Of a stretch of DNA of 64,000 nt, positions 35,597 to 44,936 are shown one piece after another. This DNA is from an uncultured Clostridia bacterium. GTDB lineage: Bacteria; Bacillota; Clostridia; TANB77; CAG-508. Below the pieces are notes generated by a model, which did not search any database, had not been told where the DNA came from, and saw nothing but the letters and a program-made list of their open reading frames with translations. The first letter of the stretch is position 1; every line of letters starts with the position of its first letter. Made by a program: the position numbers and the translations under genes. The stretch lies in the NCBI GenBank assembly GCA_947623945.1, contig CANQHU010000001.1, positions 102,585 to 166,584 of the forward strand, read 5' to 3'.

Positions 35597-36292
35597 ATGG
35601 AGACAGCCAATTTTTCATATAAGAAGACACGAGACGGGATTACCATTATGGAATATATCGGTTCATCGTCTGTCGTGTTTATCCCAAACGAATTGGACGG
35701 CATTCCGGTAACCCGCATCGGACGGTTTGCCTTTTATGAGTGTGCTTGTACAGAAATTACCGTACCGGAGGGTGTGACGGACATTGGCTGCGGAGCCTTT
35801 ATGAGCAGCCCATCTTTGACACGGGTTTCGTTGCCAAAGACTTTGCGCACCATACAGGAAGAAGCATTTCACTATTGTGCCGACTTGCAGGAAATAGAAA
35901 TTCCTGATGCTGTCAATCACATTGGGGATAAGGCGTTTCGCTGTTGTCATTCTCTGCGGAATGTCACTATGCCAAGTCAAATGCAGTTGTTGGGAAAAGA
36001 AGTCTTCGCGCAATGTGAAGAACTGGAAGAAATTAACCTTTCCCATGGGCTGTTGGAAGTACCCGACCAGACTTTTGCCTATGATGTATCCTTGCGGCGT
36101 GTACAGTTGCCAAGTACGCTTCGTCGCATTGGAGATAAGGCATTTCAGTCCTGTCAGGCATTGCGTCAGATTATCATTCCGACGGCCGTGGCCTTGATTG
36201 GCAGGCAGGCGTTTGAGGATTGTTTTCGATTGTGTGATGTCATCATTCCAAACGGTACATCTGTCATGGATGATGCATTTTCAAAAAGATAG
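35597..36292 (+). CDS. BspA-type leucine-rich repeat (LRR_5) protein
   Basis: Repeated IP.gVt.IG..AF..C..L..v.lP units (at least 7). No signal peptide. Confidence 0.8.
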   Translation: METANFSYKKTRDGITIMEYIGSSSVVFIPNELDGIPVTRIGRFAFYECACTEITVPEGVTDIGCGAFMSSPSLTRVSLPKTLRTIQEEAFHYCADLQEIEIPDAVNHIGDKAFRCCHSLRNVTMPSQMQLLGKEVFAQCEELEEINLSHGLLEVPDQTFAYDVSLRRVQLPSTLRRIGDKAFQSCQALRQIIIPTAVALIGRQAFEDCFRLCDVIIPNGTSVMDDAFSKR

Positions 36293-36302
36293 GAGGAATG
36301 AC

Positions 36303-37049
36303 ATGAACACAACAAAATTTGCCTATCAGGAAGTAGAACAAGGGATTGAAATCACCAAATATACAGGCAAGGACCACATTGTTCGGATTCCACAAAGAAT
36401 AGACGGAATACCTGTTGTGCGGATTGGTCACCATGCTTTTCAAGGGTGTTCTTGCACCAGTGTTATGATACCGGAGGGTGTAACCAGCATTGGGTACGGC
36501 GCTTTTATGGAAAGCGATGCCTTGGTACAGGTTTTCCTGCCAAGCACATTAAAGACTATCGGGGCATTGGCATTTGGCTTTTGTTCCGAATTGCGGAGCA
36601 TAGGAATTCCAAATAGTGTGACAAGTATTGGAAATAAGGCATTTACCTATTGTCGCGCGTTGGAAAAGGTCACTATGCCAAAGAAAATGGAATATATCGG
36701 ACAGGATATTTTTTCATCCTGTCAAACATTACGGACGATAACTTTACCGGACGGGATTACGGAAGTTCCGGATATGGCATTTGCAGATTGCGAACAGTTG
36801 CAGGTCGTGCGTCTGCCAGACACCATTTTGCGGATTGGGTGTTATGCCTTTCGGTTTTGTGAGTCCTTATATCAAATCATACTTCCCGCTGCTGTTATAA
36901 GCATTGGCAGTGGGGCATTTTACAACTGTATCAAATTAAATAGTGTGGTTATCCCAAAAGGAGCCACGGTAGCGGACAACGCATTTTCAAGAATAGGAGG
37001 AAACAAGAATGAGAGTAGCAACAAACATTCAGTGGGATATAGAGGATGA
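36303..37049 (+). CDS. BspA-type leucine-rich repeat (LRR_5) protein, paralog of 35597
   Basis: Same N-terminus (F.Y.e...GI.I..Y.G) and repeat units. AGGAGG RBS before the ATG at 36303. Confidence 0.8.
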   Translation: MNTTKFAYQEVEQGIEITKYTGKDHIVRIPQRIDGIPVVRIGHHAFQGCSCTSVMIPEGVTSIGYGAFMESDALVQVFLPSTLKTIGALAFGFCSELRSIGIPNSVTSIGNKAFTYCRALEKVTMPKKMEYIGQDIFSSCQTLRTITLPDGITEVPDMAFADCEQLQVVRLPDTILRIGCYAFRFCESLYQIILPAAVISIGSGAFYNCIKLNSVVIPKGATVADNAFSRIGGNKNESSNKHSVGYRG

Positions 37050-37182
37050 CGATGAAAGCATTGATTTACCGACAGAAATTGTATTGCCGGCTGATATCAG
37101 TGATGAGAATGCAGGCGATTATCTTTCTGATAAAGTCGGATTTTGTCACTTTGGTTTCTCGATTGAAAGGAGAGAAGAGTAA
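37009..37182 (+). CDS. small acidic protein (57 aa) absent from the supplied ORF track
   Basis: AGGAGG 8 nt upstream. Sequence is MRVATNIQWDIEDDDESIDLPTEIVLPADISDENAGDYLSDKVGFCHFGFSIERREE. Its TAATG overlaps the next gene's start. Confidence 0.6.
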   Translation: MRVATNIQWDIEDDDESIDLPTEIVLPADISDENAGDYLSDKVGFCHFGFSIERREE

Positions 37183-38735
37183 TGGACGAAATGCGATATC
37201 GGGATGACGACATTGTGATTACATGGAGAGAGTCCGGCAGAGTGTATATTGTTTGGCGTCGAGATGCGGAGACAGCGAACCCCGGCATTCGATTGATGGA
37301 AGTCGATGAGACAGAAAAGAAAGTCCTTACCTATCTGGCGAACGCATATCGGTATATCGGGCCATTTCATTATGTCCGGATTTCGGAAAAGCTGTTTCAG
37401 TCTTATTGTAAGGATACGCCCTTATCGACTTATCAACACAAAAAGACAACGCCATGGAAATCGGTATTACGAAAACGGGTGCGTCTGGAAATGGAACACT
37501 TCTATGGAGTAACCTTGCAAGATAATGTTGTCAATCTGCATTTGCCGGAATGTGTGAATTATGTCATAGAACACATGGGCTTTTCCATTACGGATTTGGA
37601 GAGGAAAAAGCCTTTGGTCAACAACGAAGAGGCCGCGAATGTTATCAAAGAGTGGGGCATTCGCCGATATGGAACGCGGATTATGGATAATCTTCATTTG
37701 CTTACCAATTCCAATGCGTCCTATCGAAAACGGGACGGGGCATATTTGATACCGGTTCCGGATTGGATGGAATACACGGATTGGAGGGGCATCTTAAAAG
37801 ACACTTCGGAAGATATCACAAAAGACCCGTTGTTTGCCACCTTTGACGGATTTGTCGGGACTGCCAACCATCGGAAAATGAAGTTTGATTTTTCCAAACT
37901 GTATCACAATCCAGAGTTACGAAATCTTGTTATGAAATGGAATGGATTTCGAGAACATGAATTTGATACCTATCCGATAAGAGTCTATGAGCCGCAGGCA
38001 CAGCAAGACGATGATATTTTTGGCAGCCGTACGGCTTTGGATAACCTCGGTGGCCGTTCTGCTACCATATGTACGATGTCACAGGAAGAGTTTTTCCATT
38101 TACTTCCGTTAAATCCATTGGGACTTTGGAATCGGTGTTATCCGCCAACGGAAGAGTTAATTTACAACCCGGATACCGGGTTATGGGCCCATCCGAACAA
38201 AGCAGCCGCCTTTCGGTTTGCACATGGGTATGTGTATCACTATAAAGGCATCAGCAGGATGGCAACAATATTAACCTTTTTGATTCGGGTTTGTCAGGAT
38301 AAATTTGAAATCACGCCGGAAGAAACTATCTTGCGGGTGAGTTTCTTTGAACGGTTTTATTCTGATTTTTTTGTGGAAAGTGAAGAAGCATTACGATTTG
38401 CACAAAAGACCGTGGATGCAATGGTAGCCAATGCGCCGAGAAGAGCCCAGCAAACGGTTATCAATTTAGAGAATAACCTCGAAGTGGCGGAATGGAATTT
38501 CTTTGAGTATCCAATGGAAACCAAATGGGAAAACGCCTTACATTTGGAACCAAGTCAACGAATTTCCTTAAAGCAGGCGATGAACCTTTTAAAACAGTAT
38601 GCCATAGAGGCGTTTTTATTGTTAGCAACACAACAAAACTTTGACTGGCAGCAAGAACGACTCATTCCGGTTCGGAATCAATTTGAGGTGTCGGTGGATT
38701 CTAATACCGGAGAATTTGTTATCCGAAATTTTTGA
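37182..38735 (+). CDS. unknown-family protein, tandem paralog 2
   Basis: 517 aa. Conserved blocks YRKRDGAYLIPVPDW, LNPLGLWNRC, FEITPEETILRVSFFERFYSDFF and C-terminus GEFVIRNF. Confidence 0.7.
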   Translation: MDEMRYRDDDIVITWRESGRVYIVWRRDAETANPGIRLMEVDETEKKVLTYLANAYRYIGPFHYVRISEKLFQSYCKDTPLSTYQHKKTTPWKSVLRKRVRLEMEHFYGVTLQDNVVNLHLPECVNYVIEHMGFSITDLERKKPLVNNEEAANVIKEWGIRRYGTRIMDNLHLLTNSNASYRKRDGAYLIPVPDWMEYTDWRGILKDTSEDITKDPLFATFDGFVGTANHRKMKFDFSKLYHNPELRNLVMKWNGFREHEFDTYPIRVYEPQAQQDDDIFGSRTALDNLGGRSATICTMSQEEFFHLLPLNPLGLWNRCYPPTEELIYNPDTGLWAHPNKAAAFRFAHGYVYHYKGISRMATILTFLIRVCQDKFEITPEETILRVSFFERFYSDFFVESEEALRFAQKTVDAMVANAPRRAQQTVINLENNLEVAEWNFFEYPMETKWENALHLEPSQRISLKQAMNLLKQYAIEAFLLLATQQNFDWQQERLIPVRNQFEVSVDSNTGEFVIRNF

Positions 38736-38756
38736 TGAAAGAAAGGAGGGGACGAT

Positions 38757-40217
38757 ATGGCTCGATTAGACATTCCTTGTTATTATGATGATGAGGTCGA
38801 AATCTTTTATCCACAGGGCCGTTTGAATGGTGTCCTTTGCATTGAAACGAGAGAAAATAAAGAACCCTTTTCACGGAATATTCAGATAAACAATTCACAG
38901 GAGGCCACAGTCTTCTCTTATCTGGCAAATATTCATCGGTATGGCAAGTATTATTACCTGCCATTACACCAGTTTTATTCTTTATGTGATGCATTACCAG
39001 TATCCCATTCGGCAAATTGGAAAGTGTGGAAATCCTTTTTGAAAACCCGGGTATGGCTGGAGTTGAACCATTTTTATCCGGAAGTATTCTGGCCTCGAAA
39101 ATGGGGAAAGGTAACACGCGATGTAGTAAAAGTAGTGATTGACGCACTGGGACTTACCGTAGCCAATTTGGAGCAACGAACGCCATTGGTACAGAATGCG
39201 GAGGCGGAACGGGCGTTGAAAGAGTGGGCCGTTTCCCGATACATCGGACGGATGTATGAAAACTTCCACTTGCGAAAACGGTCGAATACATCGTATCGAA
39301 AGAAAGACGGAATGTATTTGATTTCCGTTCCCAGCTATTTTACCGATATTGAGTGGCAAACTTTGGTGAAACATTCGGAAACGGATTTTACAAAAGCGTA
39401 TTTGTTTACTGCATTTGACGGGTTTGAAACGACCAGCGCCAGCCTAAAAATGCGAATTGACATGAAACGCTTGTATCCAAATAAAGAGATGCGAGACGAA
39501 ATTATGGAAACCAACGGGTATCAGGTCGATTCTTTTTGGGAGGAAGACGGCGTGTATCAGTTTTACTTTGAAAAGGACCAATTTTTTCGTATTTGTCCTA
39601 TTAATGCCCTTGGTCTTTGGAATCAGTGTCAAAATGCAGAACCTTATACGGAAGAGATAGGAACATCCGGTCATCCGTTATCCAATGCGGTAGCGGCATA
39701 TCGGTTTGATAATGGATATATTCGATTATATCAAAAGGTATCCAAACAAGCGGCAGCCGTATTATTTTTAATCGGCGTGAGTAAAGATGAATTTGAAATT
39801 ACGCCGGAACGAACGAGACTGCGCATCAGCTTTTTTGAACGGTTTCATTCTGATTTCTTTATTGCAGAGGAAGAACTGGTAAAACAGGCTGTAGCTTTCT
39901 TAGAGGGAATTCCGGACACAGAGGGCCCGAATACTCATCTTTGGCTAACAGAAAATAAGGAATTTACTTATTATCAAATGGCGCCAAGTGATGCCGATTG
40001 GGCGAAGCCACTATTACGGGATTTGCGCAAACAGATTTCACTGGGGCAGGCTATGGAACGGTTAGCCGACGGAGCTATCACGGCATTTCGTGTGGCCGCC
40101 GTATGGCAGTCACTTTCGATATATGAAGAGGGAAAGCCCTTTGTTCCGATACACAACCACTTCGAGGTCATTACCGACCCGGAAACAGGTTATTTTGTCA
40201 TTGATAATTTTGATTAG
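38757..40217 (+). CDS. unknown-family protein, tandem paralog 3
   Basis: 486 aa. Blocks DIPCYYDDEVEIFYPQG, YRKKDGMYLISVPSY, INALGLWNQC, FEITPERTRLRISFFERFHSDFF and C-terminus GYFVIDNFD. Confidence 0.7.
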   Translation: MARLDIPCYYDDEVEIFYPQGRLNGVLCIETRENKEPFSRNIQINNSQEATVFSYLANIHRYGKYYYLPLHQFYSLCDALPVSHSANWKVWKSFLKTRVWLELNHFYPEVFWPRKWGKVTRDVVKVVIDALGLTVANLEQRTPLVQNAEAERALKEWAVSRYIGRMYENFHLRKRSNTSYRKKDGMYLISVPSYFTDIEWQTLVKHSETDFTKAYLFTAFDGFETTSASLKMRIDMKRLYPNKEMRDEIMETNGYQVDSFWEEDGVYQFYFEKDQFFRICPINALGLWNQCQNAEPYTEEIGTSGHPLSNAVAAYRFDNGYIRLYQKVSKQAAAVLFLIGVSKDEFEITPERTRLRISFFERFHSDFFIAEEELVKQAVAFLEGIPDTEGPNTHLWLTENKEFTYYQMAPSDADWAKPLLRDLRKQISLGQAMERLADGAITAFRVAAVWQSLSIYEEGKPFVPIHNHFEVITDPETGYFVIDNFD

Positions 40218-40233
40218 AGAAAGGAGAACGACT

Positions 40234-41700
40234 ATGAGAGTAGAGGATATTCCCTGTTATTGTGATGATAGGATTGTAATGTATTATCCGCAAGGGAATG
40301 TAGAGGGCCCAATTTTGATAGAACCTCGAGATGAGAATATGGAACCGCCAACCACTTTGTTTGTTCGGGATGAAGATGAGTCCGTGGTCTTTTCTTATTT
40401 ATCAAGGGTATTTCGATATCTCCATCGTGGTGTCGAATGTATCACACCTCAGCAGCGGAAAGCACTTTGTAAGGATTTACCCCTATATCAATATGTGAAG
40501 AAAAAGTCTAGTCCGTGGCGTAATTATTTAAACTTAAGGGTACGAAATGAATTGTATCATTTCTATCATGAGCGGTATGAGGATAGTTTGGTGAAAATGC
40601 ATCAATTTTTGACTGCACAATTTGTGATAGACAAGTTGGGACTTCGCATCGTTGATTTGGTGGAGGACCAACCCTTGGTGGGGAATTTAAACGGTGCAGT
40701 GGCCCTTCGGGAATGGGGCGTTTGCAGATATGCGAAATGCATTAAAGAAGCACTGCATTTACGGAAGCGTTCGTACACTTCCTATCGGAAAACCGACGGA
40801 ATGTATCTGGTCAAAGTGCCGGATTATTTTACAGAAATGGATTGGCGGACTATTATTGCGGATACGCCATATGATTTTACCAAAGAATTACTCTTTTCCA
40901 CATTTGACGGATTTGAGGGGACCGGATTTTATCGAAAGATGCGATTTGATATCCGAAAGTTATATCAAAATCCAATGGTGCGGGACGGCATTATGGATAC
41001 CGGCGCTTATCAAATATCCGGCTATTGGACGGAACAGTTCTTGTGCATATCCCATTATACAAAAAATCAGCTATTTCGGCTGTTGCCTATCAATCTGTTG
41101 GGCTTGTGGAATCGCTGTCATTTAGGGTTTCAAGATATAGATAATCCGGCGTATCGGTTTGATTATGGATATGTACGAATTTGTGAGGGCGTTTCCGACT
41201 TTGCCATGACATTGCTGTTTCTCATCGAGGTTTGTAATGACCAGTTTGAAATTACCCCGGAACAGACAACGCTTCGAGTGACCTTCTTTGAACGGTTTTA
41301 TCGGGATTTACAGGTAAATGATGAAAATTTATGGCAGTATGCCATCAGTGAACTGGCCAAACTTCCGAATGAAAGTACAACAGAACGGTATCTGAATTTG
41401 GAGAACAATCAATTTCAGTCTCATCGGTCTTATCCTACAATTGCCAAAGATTGGGAGACTGCAATTAGTCAAAATCCAAAGAATACCCTGTCGATTGCAT
41501 CGGCTATGAATCAGCTTCAGGCAGAGGCCGCTTCTGCCTTTATTGTTAAGGCAGCGCACCAATCCTTTGGAATTGACGGAGAAAACCCCCGATATTGGGC
41601 TACGGAAGCTCCGATTACAGACTTTGTTCCGATACATGAAAATTTTTCCGTGAAAATAGACACTGCGACCGGACAATTTGTGATAGAAAATTTTGACTGA
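40234..41700 (+). CDS. unknown-family protein, tandem paralog 4
   Basis: ATG at 40234 follows GAAAGGAGA. Blocks DIPCYCDDRIVMYYPQG, YRKTDGMYLVKVPDY, INLLGLWNRC, FEITPEQTTLRVTFFERFYRD and C-terminus GQFVIENFD. Confidence 0.7.
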   Translation: MRVEDIPCYCDDRIVMYYPQGNVEGPILIEPRDENMEPPTTLFVRDEDESVVFSYLSRVFRYLHRGVECITPQQRKALCKDLPLYQYVKKKSSPWRNYLNLRVRNELYHFYHERYEDSLVKMHQFLTAQFVIDKLGLRIVDLVEDQPLVGNLNGAVALREWGVCRYAKCIKEALHLRKRSYTSYRKTDGMYLVKVPDYFTEMDWRTIIADTPYDFTKELLFSTFDGFEGTGFYRKMRFDIRKLYQNPMVRDGIMDTGAYQISGYWTEQFLCISHYTKNQLFRLLPINLLGLWNRCHLGFQDIDNPAYRFDYGYVRICEGVSDFAMTLLFLIEVCNDQFEITPEQTTLRVTFFERFYRDLQVNDENLWQYAISELAKLPNESTTERYLNLENNQFQSHRSYPTIAKDWETAISQNPKNTLSIASAMNQLQAEAASAFIVKAAHQSFGIDGENPRYWATEAPITDFVPIHENFSVKIDTATGQFVIENFD

Positions 41701-41716
41701 AAGGAGTATGATAAAG

Positions 41717-42142
41717 ATGTTACAAAAATTACAAATGCTGCATGATGTTATCAAATCCAATCCATATCGGGAGGACGCCTTTGCATATGATTCATTTAAA
41801 GAGGGCTACTTTCGCACCCTGCAAATGTTGTCCGACTGTTTTTTCGAGTGGTGTAAATCCCATCGGTTAAGTTCCAACCCGATTGGACGGATTTCTCCAA
41901 ATTTTTTCCATGATTTAAACCATTGTATCAGCGTATGCAGACACGCTCAATATGGAACGGCGCGGTACAATCATGCGGAGACAATGATAGAGATATCTCT
42001 GTCACTGATTCATACTTATTTGGACACCGGCAAAGTGGAAAAATATCCGACCAAGATTGGAGATGACATTGTTTGGAATATATGGCAGCAGGAAGAAAAC
42101 GCATATCGAAGGGAGCAGAACAATGGAGCCAAACAAAGTTAA
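41717..42142 (+). CDS. hypothetical protein
   Basis: ATG 10 nt after AAGGAG. 141 aa. Confidence 0.55.
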   Translation: MLQKLQMLHDVIKSNPYREDAFAYDSFKEGYFRTLQMLSDCFFEWCKSHRLSSNPIGRISPNFFHDLNHCISVCRHAQYGTARYNHAETMIEISLSLIHTYLDTGKVEKYPTKIGDDIVWNIWQQEENAYRREQNNGAKQS

Positions 42143-42464
42143 GAAAGAGCTATTGAATGTACTGGAAGATTATCTGGAAGAATATCGGGTGACTTTGCCC
42201 GGACAGGTAGGGACATTGGTGTTATCCAAAGACCGGTATGCCATCGTGGCTAACGCCATTCCCTTGTCCTTATCGGGACATGGTAAATTGTCCAAAGAGA
42301 ATGCGGAAGAGCTGGTGGACAATTGTCTGAAAGAGGTGGCTAAACAGTTAGCCGATATCTCTGATACTTTTCATCGGGAACGCATCACACAGATTTATTG
42401 GCGGAGCGAACTTATGCTTCGCACCCGTTTACACGATACCCTGAAACGACTGCATTTAGAGTAG
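42123..42464 (+). CDS. hypothetical protein
   Basis: ATG follows GAAGGGAG. 113 aa. Overlaps the upstream gene by 20 nt. Confidence 0.5.
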   Translation: MEPNKVKKELLNVLEDYLEEYRVTLPGQVGTLVLSKDRYAIVANAIPLSLSGHGKLSKENAEELVDNCLKEVAKQLADISDTFHRERITQIYWRSELMLRTRLHDTLKRLHLE

Positions 42465-42479
42465 AAAGGAGAAAATGTT

Positions 42480-43415
42480 ATGGCAATGAACAAAAACCCA
42501 GTACGGCAAAAAGCCCTACAGAAACTGTTGAAAGCCTCAACCTGCCCACCGCAGGATATGGCGGTGACCAACCATTGGCTTTCGGATAGGAAAAAGGAAA
42601 CCGGAACCGGCGTCAAGCTATGCTGGGACAAGCGAGGATACTTAATCGGGATGTGTCTTCGGGGCGTCGCATTACCCTCTGTCGTTTCATTGCGGGAATT
42701 TCCCGAATTGCGTTACCTGATATTAGAGGACAACGGCGGAATGGTAAAACTGGATATCACCAAGAATACCAATCTGGAAACACTGGTGATAAAAAGTCCT
42801 CTGTTGACCGAATTAGATGTCTCACAAAATCCGGCCTTATCCGAATTAGAGGTCTGTCACACACATCTCTTTTCGTTAAGCCTTTGTGACAACAGTGCGC
42901 TTACCACACTTGTGTTATACGATACCATGCTAAATGCATTGGATGTATCCGGGCAGCCCAACCTTACCCGGTTAATGACAGACATCTCACCGCTGATGAT
43001 GGTAGCCTTATCGCCATCGTTGAGGGAGGTTTCTCTTGCCGGAACCCTGATAGCCCGATTGATAGTGCCGGAGGGTTCTCATCTGGATTATTTGGATATT
43101 TCTGGAACAAAAACCTTGCAGGCGTTGCAGTTAGATAAAGCCGCAAATATTACCCGGTTACGATTACGACATACCGGCGTACAAAATCTTGCCTTACGGG
43201 GATTGCCCTTACAGGAATTGGATTGTTCCTATTCTCCGGTATCCTATTTGGATATCACGGATTGTAAGAAGTTAATGCTATTAGATGTTACGAATACCAA
43301 GCTGAAGAAACTGGCATTTTCCGGCGTGGAACAGTTGCGGATATTCTATGCGGAGGGAGCCCCGCTTTCCGGCTGCACCCTGCCAGATTCCGTGACCGTG
43401 GTGCGGCCATTATGA
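42480..43415 (+). CDS. leucine-rich repeat protein (internalin-like 20-22 aa LRRs)
   Basis: Repeats such as L.TLVIKSPLLTELDVSQNPALSELEVCHTHLFSLSLCDNSALTTLVLYDTMLNALDVSGQPNLTRL. No signal peptide. Confidence 0.75.
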   Translation: MAMNKNPVRQKALQKLLKASTCPPQDMAVTNHWLSDRKKETGTGVKLCWDKRGYLIGMCLRGVALPSVVSLREFPELRYLILEDNGGMVKLDITKNTNLETLVIKSPLLTELDVSQNPALSELEVCHTHLFSLSLCDNSALTTLVLYDTMLNALDVSGQPNLTRLMTDISPLMMVALSPSLREVSLAGTLIARLIVPEGSHLDYLDISGTKTLQALQLDKAANITRLRLRHTGVQNLALRGLPLQELDCSYSPVSYLDITDCKKLMLLDVTNTKLKKLAFSGVEQLRIFYAEGAPLSGCTLPDSVTVVRPL

Positions 43416-44596
43416 GGCGGTGGAGTGCGGAGGATACCGCATATTTAAAAGAGGCATTGCAGCAGGGAAAAACGATGCCGGATTTGGTAGACCATCTGGG
43501 ACGGACGGATTCAGCGATTCGGAAACGGATTTCGGATTTGGGTTTAGTTTTAAACCATGTAATTCCCGAATGGACGCCATGGGAGGAAGAACGCTTAAAA
43601 GCCTTAGTTGGTTTTGGGCTTTCCATCGGAGACCTTGCGAATACCTTTCGTCGGACCAAAACGGCTATCAATCAAAAATGCAGCACATTACAGGTAACGA
43701 TTTTGCGAAAGGGCCGACGGTGGACCGAAGAAGAGACGGCCTATTTCAAACAGCGGGTAAAAGCGGGAGACGACCTTGCCACCTTAATGCGTACTTTTCA
43801 ACGGACAGAAAATGCAGTGGTGATAAAGTGTCAGCGGCTGGGAATGCAGATTCAGCGGGAAAAGCGGCTCTGGCTTCCGGAAGAACGGGAAGCATTCCAA
43901 GAGGATTGGAAAGGCGGTATCATTTCCGTTCCGTATATGGCGACGAAATATCATCGTTCGCAGGGCGCTTTGCGACGCTATGCCGTGACCTTACATCTGG
44001 GGCCGCGTCCGTATAACGATGCCTTTTTATCGGTTCCGGATATTGTATTAGAATTACAGGTCGCAAAGGATACGGTATACGGCTGGCTGAAACGGGGACT
44101 TCCCTATCAGAAAGGCCATTCCGGAAAGGTATTATACTTAATTGACCAATATGATTTGTTATCCTTTTTGGAGACACATCAGAAAGAATTTAACGCCAGT
44201 AAGTTAAGTCCATGGCTGTTTGAAACGGAACCCGACTGGCTGATACAAAAACGGCAAAAAGACGCTCTCTTTTTCCCAGACCGAAACAAACGGGAATACA
44301 CCAATGAGGAGGATAAGCAGATTATGCTCTGGTTTCAAAAAGGAGAATCCGACGCGGAAATTGCCAAACGAATGCGAAGAACGGAGATAGCGATTGCAAA
44401 TCGGCTAGAGGAGCTATCGTTATCCCGCAAATTATACAATCCTTATGAAATTGAAATTTTACAGAAGAACAGCGCCACTTTGACCATCTATGAACTTGCC
44501 AAGCTGCTGCCGCTTCGGACGCCGCTTGGTATCAAGCGGAAGTTGTATGAATTGGGATTGCCCTGTAAACAGGGGAAAGGAGACCATCATGTTTGA
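43412..44596 (+). CDS. multi-repeat Myb/SANT-like DNA-binding protein with an internal excisionase/MerR-type HTH
   Basis: About 6 repeats of the form (R)RWT.EE.ayl...v..G.....l...f.RT..Ai..k...LG. Also LSVPDIVLELQVAKDTVYGWLKRGLPYQK, an HTH_17-like segment. Confidence 0.6.
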   Translation: MRRWSAEDTAYLKEALQQGKTMPDLVDHLGRTDSAIRKRISDLGLVLNHVIPEWTPWEEERLKALVGFGLSIGDLANTFRRTKTAINQKCSTLQVTILRKGRRWTEEETAYFKQRVKAGDDLATLMRTFQRTENAVVIKCQRLGMQIQREKRLWLPEEREAFQEDWKGGIISVPYMATKYHRSQGALRRYAVTLHLGPRPYNDAFLSVPDIVLELQVAKDTVYGWLKRGLPYQKGHSGKVLYLIDQYDLLSFLETHQKEFNASKLSPWLFETEPDWLIQKRQKDALFFPDRNKREYTNEEDKQIMLWFQKGESDAEIAKRMRRTEIAIANRLEELSLSRKLYNPYEIEILQKNSATLTIYELAKLLPLRTPLGIKRKLYELGLPCKQGKGDHHV

Positions 44597-44936
44597 TTGG
44601 ATATTGGCATATTTGATTGTCGGCGCCGTGGCCGGCACGGTGTTGGAATTACCGCTTATCTGCACGACTTTGACACTACATTTGACGCCAACCACAACGC
44701 CTGATTACATCTTTTTACAGCAGTACAGTCTGTATGAAATGTTGCATAAAAAGACAGCACTTCCTATGCTGATTTTCATGGAGTGCATTTTAACCTTGTT
44801 AGTGTTACCCGCGAATGGAGTGAATTTTGTGACCTTATTATTGATTCGATTGGGCTATTTTCTAAAGCAGAAATGGAACGCTCATAAACAGAAAGGAGAA
44901 AGGGACGAAAATTATGGAAGGAAAGAAAATCAATAA
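44589..44936 (+). CDS. small membrane protein
   Basis: MFDWILAYLIVGAVAGTVLELPLI.. plus two further hydrophobic segments. ATG follows GAAAGGAGA. Confidence 0.55.
   Translation: MFDWILAYLIVGAVAGTVLELPLICTTLTLHLTPTTTPDYIFLQQYSLYEMLHKKTALPMLIFMECILTLLVLPANGVNFVTLLLIRLGYFLKQKWNAHKQKGERDENYGRKENQ

Noticed and set aside
40090-40233. N-terminal extension of the fourth paralog (the track ORF starts at 40090).
   Set aside because: The extension overlaps the 3' end of paralog 3 and has no RBS. The ATG at 40234 follows GAAAGGAGA and yields MRVEDIPCYCDD, which aligns with the MARLDIPCYYDD start of paralog 3.
34316-43415. Diversity-generating retroelement or retron as an explanation for the paralog/LRR array.
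   Set aside because: No reverse-transcriptase ORF and no template/variable repeat pair with A-specific mismatches could be found in or near the array.
43420-44016. 198-aa alternative-frame ORF inside the Myb-repeat gene.
   Set aside because: It lies entirely within a frame that encodes recognisable repeated domains. It has an Arg/Gly/Ser-rich composition typical of off-frame translation and no RBS.
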